Positions 53,510 through 64,000 of a stretch of 64,000 nucleotides of DNA are shown here, piece after piece. This stretch comes from Paraphysomonas bandaiensis (taxonomy: Eukaryota > Protista > Chrysophyceae), in assembly GCA_965644295.1 (NCBI GenBank), contig CBFFRP010000360.1, positions 62,001-126,000 on the forward strand, read 5' to 3'. The notes under the pieces were generated by a model. That model did no database searches and had not been told where the DNA came from. It was given only the letters and a program-made list of their open reading frames with translations. Position numbers and translations under genes: made by a program. Within the stretch, counting starts at the first letter, position 1. Each line of letters begins with the position of its first letter.

Positions 53510-54334
53510 TCAACTTCCTGTCTTCGAGCTATGCCCAGTTTCAACAAGTTCTTCGACAATAAAATCAATTCCATCCTACGCACATACATAAAAGAAGAAT
53601 TATAGTAGTAGTTGATTAAGTTATACTTGTAATCCTTCTCCAGTTTTGGCAGAGCACGGTACAATAATCCACTGCCTGCAGTCAAGCATGAAAACATATA
53701 GTCATCATCAGCGATTTCCCGACCTGTCTCTAATCGCATGCAGATTCAATCCAGCAGTCAGTTCGGCAGCACTTAATGCGGACAGTAAGTCCTGCTTGTT
53801 AGCATATATAAGCAGTGGTACACCGGATAGTTTATCCTCTTCGAGCAATTGCTGGAGTTCTATACCGGTCTCTTCCATTCTTCTACGGTCGGCGCTATCT
53901 ATAACATATATCTATACCAAATATAATTAACAGTATCGTATGTAATTGATATCAGTACGTACCAATGCATCTGTAGATTCAAAGTAGTTTCTCCAGTAAG
54001 GGCGTATAGTCTTTTGACCTATATAACAATTAACATATACATATATACACATCTATAGAGTTACAGTGATATGTGTATACAGTGATATGTAGTGTGCTGT
54101 ATGATATCACTGCACAACACACTCACCTCCCACATCCCATACATTCATTTTTAAATCAGATTGAATAAGAGATTTCACATTGAATCCTTGAGTGGGAGTG
54201 ACATGCTGAATATCTTCCGCTGACAGCTTCCTCAGTACGGTTGTTTTACCAGAATTATCCAAACCTAACACAAGAATACGAACCTCTCGATCGCTTCGTT
54301 TAAGTGTTCGTAGTAATCTATCTAGAATACCCAT
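53510..54334 (-). CDS. ARL3: ADP-ribosylation factor-like GTPase 3, 5 exons
   Basis: [67 protein letters not shown]. Confidence 0.9.
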
Positions 54335-54437
54335 AGTGAGATATAGTTACTAGAGATCACAATAAATGAGACACAGTCAACACATAACACCATCGAATAA
54401 TACACACACCATACTACAATGAAACCCCTCCATATAG

Positions 54438-55121
54438 ATACATACATACATACATACATACATACATACATACATACATACATACATACATACATACATA
54501 CATACATACATACATACATACATACATACATACATACATACATACATACATACATACATACATACATACATACATACATACATACATACATACATACATA
54601 CATACATACATACATACATACATACATACATACATACATACATACATACATACATACATACATACATACATACATACATACATACATACATACATACATA
54701 CATACATACATACATACATACATACATACATACATACATACATACATACATACATACATACATACATACATACATACATACATACATACATACATACATA
54801 CATACATACATACATACATACATACATACATACATACATACATACATACATACATACATACATACATACATACATACATACATACATACATACATACATA
54901 CATACATACATACATACATACATACATACATACATACATACATACATACATACATACATACATACATACATACATACATACATACATACATACATACATA
55001 CATACATACATACATACATACATACATACATACATACATACATACATACATACATACATACATACATACATACATACATACATACATACATACATACATA
55101 CATACATACATACATACATAC
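54438..55121. repeat. (TACA)n microsatellite, about 680 bp, between divergent genes
   Basis: Pure array about 104 bp from the ARL3 ATG and about 221 bp from the MAT ATG. Confidence 0.99.
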
Positions 55122-55341
55122 CAACAGCAGTACACATACACTGTACACCACAACACAATCGCAGAATACATTATATACATCTGTATTTCAGTTGGTGTGG
55201 CTATTGAAGATATGCTCTGTTGGGGCATGTGTGGCTCTGATGCAATTAGATGCTATCCAACCCTTCCAGATCATTTTATGCACAATCCTTTACAGCACAG
55301 CACAATTCTCTGTCACTGCACACTTATTGAACATCTATACA

Positions 55342-56505
55342 ATGTCTGATATCTTTCTCTTTTCTTCCGAGTCTGTTAACGAGGGACACCCCGACAAGAT
55401 CTGTGATCAGATCTCTGATGCTGTCCTTGATGCTTGCGTTCGTGACGACCCCGCCTCTCGTGTAGCTTGCGAGACTTGCACCAAGACTGGCATGGTTATG
55501 ATCTTTGGTGAGATCACTACCTCTGCTACCGTCAACTACGAGCAGGTTATCCGTGAGACTCTTAAGGATATCGGATACGACGATGTTGCTAAGGGTATGG
55601 ACTACAGAACCTGCAATGTCATTGTTGCCATTGAGGAACAGTCCCCTGATATTGCCCAGTCTGTTGATAACGTCAAGCTTGAGGACATTGGTGCTGGTGA
55701 CCAGGGAATCATGTTTGGATATGCCACTGATGAGACTGAGTCTCTCATGCCCCTTACCCACAACCTTGCTACTTCTCTTGGCTCCCGCCTGACTGAGGTC
55801 CGCAAGACTGGTGTCTGCCCATGGGTTCGCCCAGATGGTAAGACTCAGATCACCTGTGAGTACAAGAACGAGAACGGAAGAATGGTTCCTCAGCGCGTGC
55901 ACACTGTTGTCATCTCCACTCAGCACTCTGAGGAGGTCTCCAACGAGGACATCCGCAATGACCTTATGGAGCACGTTATTAAGCACGTCATCCCTGCCGA
56001 GTACCTCGACGAGAAGACCATCTACCACTTGAATCCTTCTGGACGCTTCGTGATTGGTGGTCCTCACGGTGATGCAGGTCTTACCGGCAGAAAGATTATT
56101 ATTGACACATACGGAGGATGGGGAGCTCACGGTGGAGGTGCCTTCTCCGGTAAGGACACCACCAAGGTTGACCGCTCTGCAGCCTATGCTGCTCGTTGGG
56201 TTGCCAAGTCCGTTGTGGCTGCTGGCCTTGCTCACAGATGCCTTGTTCAGCTCTCTTACGGTATTGGCCTTGCCCATCCTTTGTCCATCTTCGTGGACTC
56301 TTATGGCACTGGCATGACCCGCTCTGGCAAGACAGACAACGAAATCGTTGAGATCATCAAGAAGAACTTTGATCTTCGTGCTGGATGCATCATCCGTGAC
56401 CTCAACCTTCGTCGTCCTTGCATGAAGAAGACTTCCGCTTACGGCCACTTTGGACGCAATGACCCTGACTTCACCTGGGAGACCGTCAAGGAGCTTGAAA
56501 TTTAA
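55342..56505 (+). CDS. metK: S-adenosylmethionine synthetase (canonical MAT type), intronless
   Basis: [39 protein letters not shown]; strong codon bias. Confidence 0.98.
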   Translation: MSDIFLFSSESVNEGHPDKICDQISDAVLDACVRDDPASRVACETCTKTGMVMIFGEITTSATVNYEQVIRETLKDIGYDDVAKGMDYRTCNVIVAIEEQSPDIAQSVDNVKLEDIGAGDQGIMFGYATDETESLMPLTHNLATSLGSRLTEVRKTGVCPWVRPDGKTQITCEYKNENGRMVPQRVHTVVISTQHSEEVSNEDIRNDLMEHVIKHVIPAEYLDEKTIYHLNPSGRFVIGGPHGDAGLTGRKIIIDTYGGWGAHGGGAFSGKDTTKVDRSAAYAARWVAKSVVAAGLAHRCLVQLSYGIGLAHPLSIFVDSYGTGMTRSGKTDNEIVEIIKKNFDLRAGCIIRDLNLRRPCMKKTSAYGHFGRNDPDFTWETVKELEI

Positions 56506-56512
56506 ATAGCAT

Positions 56513-56595
56513 AGTCCTTATTTTGTCTCTAAGTTAGTGCAGCGGTCAGGAGTGCCGACCTTTAACCATTCTTAGAGTAATGGAATAAAAGGACT
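56513..56595 (+). promoter_or_regulatory. Putative 3' UTR nested stem-loop overlapping AATAAA
   Basis: AGTCCTT/AAGGACT, CTCTAAG/CTTAGAG and GGTC/GACC nested complementarities. Confidence 0.45.
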
Positions 56596-57055
56596 CGCCA
56601 TTCTTAGATGTCAATAGTCTTTTCAATAAGTAACTAGCACGAGATGATTATTTTTGAGTCCTAAATTTGCTTCCGGCTAATAATTTTGATGAATTTCAAT
56701 AGATTTACTACGTCAGATTTTTTCATACAATCTCTATTTTCATACAATACAAGAGTAGGTGGTATTTGTTTACCCAATTCACACTTCTCTATCATGATAC
56801 TATTCGACTGAAGTCGTACCATGCATGAAAAGTATCACTTCAACATCTCAAATGAATGTTCACAGGAATATTACACAATCAATCAACATGTATGACGTAT
56901 GTTTTGCTTTTAGTAATACGAAGTGTCAGAGTAACATATCACCAATATAGGCACATTATTCCGCAAGAATATTTTGTCAAACTCTCAACATAAATGTGTA
57001 TGTTAACAGAGGCCTCTACTTAGTACTTAGTAGCACTTACTTCTATTCTTACTCA

Positions 57056-57281
57056 GACACACGAGCAGGGCGAACTCACACACAACATCAAGAACGGAAG
57101 TGGTTGCACCTTGGTGCTTGCGGCGACGCACAAGCAGCTTCTGTAGCGTTAAATAGTAGGATAATAGAATTTGTGCTGATTAGTTATGGGTAGAGGCTTA
57201 CTAGTAGATCTAGTATTCAAGAGCCGCTATATCGGAACGAGTTTTTAACGCCTATTGCTAAATAAAAAGACATTTAATAAA
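57056..57281 (+). mobile_element. Family A copy with 14-bp TSD
   Basis: Flanked by TCTATTCTTACTCA at 57042-57055 and 57282-57295. Confidence 0.88.
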
Positions 57282-57442
57282 TCTATTCTTACTCATCATA
57301 TTCATATTATCGGTAACACTATACTCCTTAAGATATCATGGAATCATATCATTTGTAGGTGAACTTCATACAGATTATGTTTCATTTCATTGGTGGATTA
57401 TTAATCTGTGGTTTCATTATCGAGAAATGGTCTTCTGAGGTG

Positions 57443-57671
57443 TATATTGAAAGTCTTGTTATTTAGCAATAGGCGTTAAAAACTCGTGCCAGTATAGTGG
57501 CTAGTTGAATGCTAGACATACTAGTTAGACCTCTACCCATAACTAATCAGCACAAATTCTATTATCCTACTATTTAACGCTACAGAAGCTGCTTGTGCGT
57601 CGCCGCAAGCACCAAGGTGCGACCACTTCCGTTCTTAATGTTGTTTGTGAGTTTCGCCCTGCTCGTGTGTC
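57443..57671 (-). mobile_element. Family A copy, inverted relative to 57056-57281
   Basis: Reverse-complement match over about 220 bp. Confidence 0.88.
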
Positions 57672-58066
57672 TTAGGACTAACTGGCGCGTGTTATGAGGG
57701 GTTATGGTCTATATAGTACGTACATGCAATTCACCATCCGCAATAGCTGAGTTGATCATTCCAGTACGTGATTTTTGTTATGGTGCTGCTGTGTTGTAAT
57801 ATTATATGAATGATGTATCTTTTTAAAGAAGGAGTTAATCAGGTTGATGTTTATGAGTATGGTTTCATCAACATTTAGTATATGCCATCTAACAATTGAT
57901 GGAACACTATCTAACAATATAGTATTGCAATGTATTTTTCTCTATCCCTGGTATATAGAGTATAGCACGGTTATCACACGCTTTATATACGTGTATATCT
58001 TTTATATTGATAATCGTACAGCTTATATATATTTTTTAGCATTAGTAGCATCCTTGCATAATATAA

Positions 58067-58264
58067 GTACACATTGCATAGTTCAGTGCTTCCCCACTCG
58101 GGTTCTCACTGTATATTCAGCGCTAAATACCGTGTGATAGTGATGTAGCTAGTTGGGTTCAGTAGGTTGCTAGCAAATAACGTATGGTGCATAATCAAGT
58201 ATTAGTTAGATCCTCACCCGGCCCCCACCCGGATCTACATAAGAACGCGCTCAGAATGGAGCAA
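58067..58264 (-). repeat. Repeat family B copy 3
   Basis: Reverse complement of about 49637-49823; a hAT-like end lies nearby at about 57900-57950. Confidence 0.85.
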
Positions 58265-59442
58265 TTACTAGTGGGTATTAATGTATGTCATCTAGATGTT
58301 GTTTAACTATTTCACATATACTATAAACTATTGTGATATTATGCATTTATATTCTAAACATATAACTGCTTGTTGCAATTTACAATATTTTATAATAATA
58401 TTTTAATAATGATATCGTAGGAATGGCCTGATAATTCAACTGCTAGGGCAGTATTTTGAAAAGTAGCTCTACGTCTAAAAATAGATTATTTTAGGAAAAT
58501 GGAATAGATATGGATGCGGATATAGTTAAATAGCTTGTTGTAGTTGACCTATTCTAGTTAGTGTGGGGAGTTTTGAAGAGTATTGAGTATTTAACCATGC
58601 TGAGTAGTCCAGAAATATTAAAAAGTGGTTTACAACCCGTTCCTTTATGAGGAAAGTATATTGGTGTCCAATAATAATTAATAAACAATAATATTTTCTA
58701 GACGTCGTGATACATAGCATAAGCTGATAGCAGATAGAGTATATAGTATAGTGGTGTGAATAATGTTTGTAGTAGTCGCCAGTAGTAGTGTATTGACGTT
58801 TGGTGGTTAAAGAAAAGTTCATTCGTCAGACGGGATAGATTTGTACTCTTTTTGAACTACCAAACCACTTTTACAAAAAAAGTAAATAATTGAAAGCAAA
58901 TATAATTGATGCTGGCAAATAATTGCAATTATTATTGTTTTATACATCTCACAAATTAATTGTTGCACAAGTCTGCAAGCTAATAATATATTTTATATTT
59001 TACATTGTAGTTCAGTATGGAATATATAATATATATGTATCATTTATTCCAAGCTATATATGTTACGAATCAGCGTATCTCCTAAAAATCTTAGTATTCT
59101 GGCTGTTTTAAAATTCCAGGTTAAGGACTTGCGCGGATTAGGATTCAACTACATTCTGAGACATGAATCTATTGTGCTATACATTAAACTATCTAATATA
59201 ACGTTTTACAAGATAAATGGATCCCAAACAAATTTGACCATTCTTAGTTACTAGAGAAAGAAAGCCATAAGTAAGGGTTTGATGAAAGCACCTATCAAAT
59301 GGTTACTACAACCAGCAATCATAAGAGCATTTCAGCATCGTAGCAAGCAAATACCAACATACTAACGACCTGTGCTATGAAAACAGGCCAGCTACCAAAT
59401 CTTTACATGTCACATGCAACATTCACGTAGCAAGTAGTGACT

Positions 59443-60243
59443 CTATTTGACGTAGCTGATCTTACGGGTCTTAACAACAGACCAGCGGAATCTCTTGTAG
59501 AAGGCTGTCAATCCAATTGCGACCATGAGTCCGAACATCATCTTCATGCCCGCAAACTTGCGCTGATCATGCTCTGGCTCTGCGGTCCATGCAAGAAAGG
59601 AAGCGACGTCTTTAGCCATCTGGGCCTCGCTTGCAATAGTACCATCCTCATATTCCACCTGTCCATCCTCCAGCTGCTTTGCCATGGAAATCGCACCACC
59701 AGTAAAGTATGGATTATAGTGCAATCCAGGAAGTAAGTTCTTACCAGCAGGAGGGTCGACATACCCAGTAAGAAGGGCATATATGTAGTTAACACCGTCA
59801 TGACGAGCCTTCACCATGAGAGAAAGATCAGGAGGTAGAGAACCATTGTTGGCAGCACGTCCCTCCTCCTCGTTGCGGTAAGGACCAGGAATAGTATCTG
59901 ACAACTTACCAGGTCGCTCAAACATCTCCCCAGTCTCATCAGGTCCGTCAACAATATCATAGCTCTCAGCAATAGCTTTCATCTGTTTCTCCGTATGTGT
60001 CACACCCACCAATTGACGAAATGATATTTTGTTAATGCTATGACAAGATGCACATATCTGACGGTACACTTGAAAGCCACGACGAATACTCATTGCATCA
60101 TAGGAAGAAAGATTTCCTTCAAATGGAAATCCATAACTCCGTGCAGGTATGTGATCATCTGAACAGCTGCTCATACCATCCCATTTACCCATAGCTACAC
60201 CCATGCCGCATACTGCAGCAGACACATATGCCCGATTTAGCAT
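59443..60243 (-). CDS. CYC1: Cytochrome c1, heme protein of complex III, intronless
   Basis: SIRRGFQVYRQICASCH, PPDLSL, NPYF.GG.ISM, FL.W.AEPEHDQRK, C-terminal TM helix. Confidence 0.97.
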   Translation of the reverse strand: MLNRAYVSAAVCGMGVAMGKWDGMSSCSDDHIPARSYGFPFEGNLSSYDAMSIRRGFQVYRQICASCHSINKISFRQLVGVTHTEKQMKAIAESYDIVDGPDETGEMFERPGKLSDTIPGPYRNEEEGRAANNGSLPPDLSLMVKARHDGVNYIYALLTGYVDPPAGKNLLPGLHYNPYFTGGAISMAKQLEDGQVEYEDGTIASEAQMAKDVASFLAWTAEPEHDQRKFAGMKMMFGLMVAIGLTAFYKRFRWSVVKTRKISYVK

Positions 60244-60613
60244 GATTATGCAAATATTTATTGCCCCCTATAGAAATGCGTGTGTCGTATGGTTGTGATA
60301 ATATGCCGTGGCTGACATGCAATGGATGGGATGTCTACCATATATATGTACGTACAGGGGGAGGTATGTGTATGTATGTGTATGGGGGGTGTTTTTGCAA
60401 CACATAACTTTCCAAACCACTAGAGAAAAAAGATCCAAGAGACACTAAAAGAGAAAACTGAAAATAGTTTCCAGAGAGGAGATGGATATACGTATATACA
60501 GTAATAGAGAAGGGGGTGTCCAAGATCTAAGAGACAGAAAACTGAAAATAGTTTGGAGCAAATAACGGCTTAGTTGGTATGTTTGAATACTATAAGAATA
60601 TACGTACAGCTGC

Positions 60614-60675
60614 TGTATGTATGTATGTATGTATGTATGTATGTATGTATGTATGTATGTATGTATGTATGTATG
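60614..60675. repeat. (TATG)n microsatellite (reverse orientation of TACA) between divergent genes
   Basis: About 15 units, about 86 bp before the ATG at 60761. Confidence 0.97.
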
Positions 60676-60760
60676 CATGTATATATGGACCTGTTCACTG
60701 ATATGATCATTAGAACATTAACCATAAGCAAGAAGTGACTCTTAATTATATATCTGGTTA

Positions 60761-61730
60761 ATGGATTCTGAAACTGTAGTAGAATTTGAACCATCTGCAT
60801 ATGGATTTGTAAGTGTATACATACATATGCTGCTCTATAACTCGACTATATCACAGCGCAGTATTCGAGCTAGAAGTCGACAAGAGAGACGAGCTCTGAA
60901 AGATAAAGTGGCACTAGAAAAGAATCGCATTAATCAGGTAGATATGAGTAATACTGTTAGTAGTGTGTGTATTATTCATAGTGGTCTGTGTAGCGTGTCG
61001 GACATGCCGCTAAAATGCAACGTGAAAATGCTCCAGAAACTTCTGCCGGCTTAACAACTTGTGTTGATGGCGGGGCTGGGTTTCTTACTGATTCGGATAG
61101 ATTTCACTCAGATACGGCAGGCGAAGAGTACCAAAGGCGACAAGAGGTGTTAGCAAAGAAGCAAAGAGCCCTTGAATTTCGACGAAATCAGGCCAACATC
61201 AGAGAGGAAGAAAGATGGAAACGACTAGATGACAAGAAAAAACAAGAAGCGGTGTGTAGCTATACTTATAAGTATTCACTGTAATGCGTTCCTCTATTTC
61301 CAGGAATATTGGGAAAAGGTTCGAGAGGACGGCCGGAAGGCTCTAAAAAATAAGTCTAAAGCTGCCTATGATATAACAACACTTCAATACTATGGGAATG
61401 AAGATGGAGAGGCACAGAAATATGTGGACGATATGGGTATGTCGTGCTTGTTCTGTTGTTGTCATATTGATCTCTATGTGTGTGCGATATGAATTGTACG
61501 TAATAACGCCTTTTCGTAGTGCGCTATAGAGCTGATATCAGGACGCACCAATTGGTTGTGAAGGGTGATTCCAGGTAATAATTCTGACATCAGTTATTCC
61601 ACTACGTATTAACTGTGCTGCATATGTTTTTTTCTGTAGGGTGAATTATAATATTATCAGCGGTGGAGAGAAACATATTCCGTCTTTGCCCGAAAAACTA
61701 CCTCAGCAGCCCCCAAACTTTCACAAGTAA
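60761..61730 (+). CDS. Hypothetical coiled-coil protein, multi-exon
   Basis: Exons joined by GT-AG introns; charged helix; YDITTLQY and YNIISG motifs; stop at 61728-61730. Confidence 0.75.
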
Positions 61731-62418
61731 GTTGAGAAGTGATGTTTGCATTTGGAAATGCTATATGCGTACTGTATGCTAACCATCACATTCCTTACCG
61801 CCTACTTGAATCATGTAGGAGTTCTGTGGACAAGCGACGCGGCATGTAATTTCGACGTCGCAGAATTACTCGGCGAGAACATGTATTATAGCTGTTGGAC
61901 TGTGTTTGCTACACGATTGTTGTGTAATACATAGTATTAGATCCCACCAAGTTGATGTATTAGAAAAGATTTCTCATATCTTATTTCGTTAATAATTATA
62001 CTTTGTGTTTATTTTGTGTCCCCTTCGATCAATAAAGAAGAGAAAAAACAGCAACTATCGCTGCTAGAATGAAACACTTCTATTATATTTGTAATCTAGG
62101 GTCTAGACATCTAGAATATACTCAATATTTAACCCACAGAGAGAACGGATCGGAATTATGTTAAACTGTATAAGATCTTTGTTACAAATGCAACAATTTC
62201 GTATTGGCAAATTTTCCAACATTTCATTACATTTCTCACACGGCCCTTATTTCCATTCAGGCCGATATCTAGATATCTAGTAATTACTTAATTCAAAAGA
62301 GGAATAAAACCAGTCACATAAAAAAGGAAGACTACAGGGTCCTAATACAAGTAATAATGATACTACGAGCTTAATTCTTAATACAACTACAGAGCATTCT
62401 ATTAGTCGTATCATTCCA

Positions 62419-63330
62419 TTATGTAATGGGGTAGCCAGTGATAGGGTCCAATCCAAGAAAACATAGAAATTCGGTATAATACACCGCCTACAGAACTGTC
62501 AGATGATTCGTCCACCGAAATTGTAATAGTCACACAATCATACTACTAGTACGTCTGTCTTACCTTAGAGTTACCTAGTAGTGTCTGGAGGTAAGATTGC
62601 AGTCGGTGCTGCCGGCGATCCAAAAATTCCTCTGACATCTGGTTCACAAATGGATTGAACACCTTCCCGGGAAGTTCAGGAAGAGAAGAAAGTAAATGTC
62701 CATCCAGTTGGCCTCTGAGGGCGCGGTCCAGCATGTGGAACTCTGAGTACCGACGATTGACGGATACAGTGCTCCCATCAGGCATTTGAACACTAATCTG
62801 GTAATATATTGCGTACTTTTGTTCTTGCAATCGTGCTACACGTGACGGAATAGAAAGGGTTGTTGGAATAATTTCATTGAAAGCACTAGATGTTTGACAA
62901 GTGAACGGTATCTGCTCTCGATTGTTAATAAAAAATGAATACTTCATAGTCATTAAGTTCTTTTCTCCTGCCACGTGGGCATTGTTATTACCCATTTTAA
63001 ATGATACAGTGAACGGCTGAAGGGCTCCAGGCTCGTAACCAGATGCTTCGAATCTTCCATCCACGATTAGCACCCAGTTACCTATGAAGACGATGACATG
63101 ACCCACACAAAGAATACACGACTATACCTTCTAGAACACTGTGACGGAATACAACTTTATGATTACTTCCTCTTCTTCCCATTGATGAATCATCACTATA
63201 ATACTATTAACAGAGAGTTGTATATAAACACAGTCGTATACATTGTAACATGCCATGAAGAGCTCTTTGTAGTCGTCCCTACTGGCCAATGCTTCGGTTG
63301 AAATATATCACCAACTTCTCCTTGTTCCAT
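62419..63330 (-). CDS. FAIM-like domain plus PX domain protein, 4 exons
   Basis: HKVVFRHSVLEGNWVLIVDG..YSFFIN (FAIM-like); VNRRYSEFHML..LPELPGK..FLDRRQHRLQSYLQTLL (PX). Confidence 0.8.
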
Positions 63331-64000
63331 TTGTAGTGAAATTGTAATAGAATTATATGGATCACTCTCTTAATGACTCTATGCACCAGGTGTGTAGATA
63401 TATGCATCTGCTGCATGGCATGTTATGACTATACACACACTATATCCATATGCGAGCATCCTCATACTAAATATGCGTACAGCTCTCAGAGTATATACAG
63501 GGATTTTTAAACTCTAATGCGAAAATACCTGGTTTTTAAGTTTCGCTCAAGAACTTCTTCTTTGAAAGCCCTTGTCTGGGCTGCACGCTGTACACTGCTG
63601 GAGGCGGGTGCTAAAAACTGCAGTATAACACCAAAAAAACAGGGTTTTATGCCCCCTAGATATCATATAGAGAATATTCGTCAATGGGATATCCAGCAGT
63701 ATCTATCGTAAAGATCCATACATATATCATGCATATACATCTATAGCCACAGCTGTTAGAACTATCTTGTCAATAGCTCAGCTTTCTTGCAATTAAGCTC
63801 GCATTTTTTACTACAAGTGTATGATATATGCTTGCATATCTGCTCGGTATCAACAGGACTATCAAGCCTCGGCCATGGAACAGACCAGCGAACTATCTTA
63901 TGTCTGGCTTATAAGAGACACAGATATTCATAACGTGTACCTACAAGCACATGACTTGTAACTCTGTTTTCTATCTGAGACCAGTGTGCAGTCCTCCCTT

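Noticed and set aside
14517-55228. Long MYVC/HTYI-repeat ORFs over the microsatellites
   Set aside because: (TACA)n has no stop codon in any frame, so these ORFs are a trivial consequence of the repeat
55324-56448. 374-aa antisense ORF over SAM synthetase
   Set aside because: Shadow of strong codon bias in the sense gene; no recognisable motifs
63497-64000. Possible element or gene start at the window end
   Set aside because: No paired TIR/TSD and no convincing reading frame within the window

Overview
Compact, gene-dense eukaryotic nuclear DNA in the standard genetic code. It carries about 24 protein-coding genes with short introns (mostly 45-60 nt, GT-AG). The gene set and the oomycete-like hAT remnant suggest a stramenopile-type protist (inference only). 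Recognisable genes are eIF2-beta (3' part), a cytochrome P450, a GGCT-like protein, U2SURP, a METTL21-like methyltransferase, ABCF, a NEK kinase, an HXXEE protein, an MDP1-like phosphatase, a 2OG-Fe(II) oxygenase, a P4-ATPase, a tandem-PH protein, an F-box/ankyrin-like repeat protein, ARL3, SAM synthetase, cytochrome c1 and a FAIM-PX protein. Main observations: (1) Genes alternate in strand, and all five long (TACA)n arrays sit between head-to-head start codons, with shorter purine-pyrimidine alternating tracts at the other promoters. (2) A tail-less, 5'-variable, hairpin-rich interspersed element has 12-14 bp target-site duplications, and one copy encloses a decayed intron-containing gene resembling the 5hmU-DNA-kinase helical (aGPT-PPlase1) DNA-modification domain. 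(3) An intronless hypervariable F-box/ankyrin-like gene lies in a direct-repeat-bounded cassette that appears inserted into a hAT end. (4) A nested hairpin in the SAM synthetase 3' UTR overlaps the AATAAA signal. All exon boundaries and family calls were read by eye; no searches were run.
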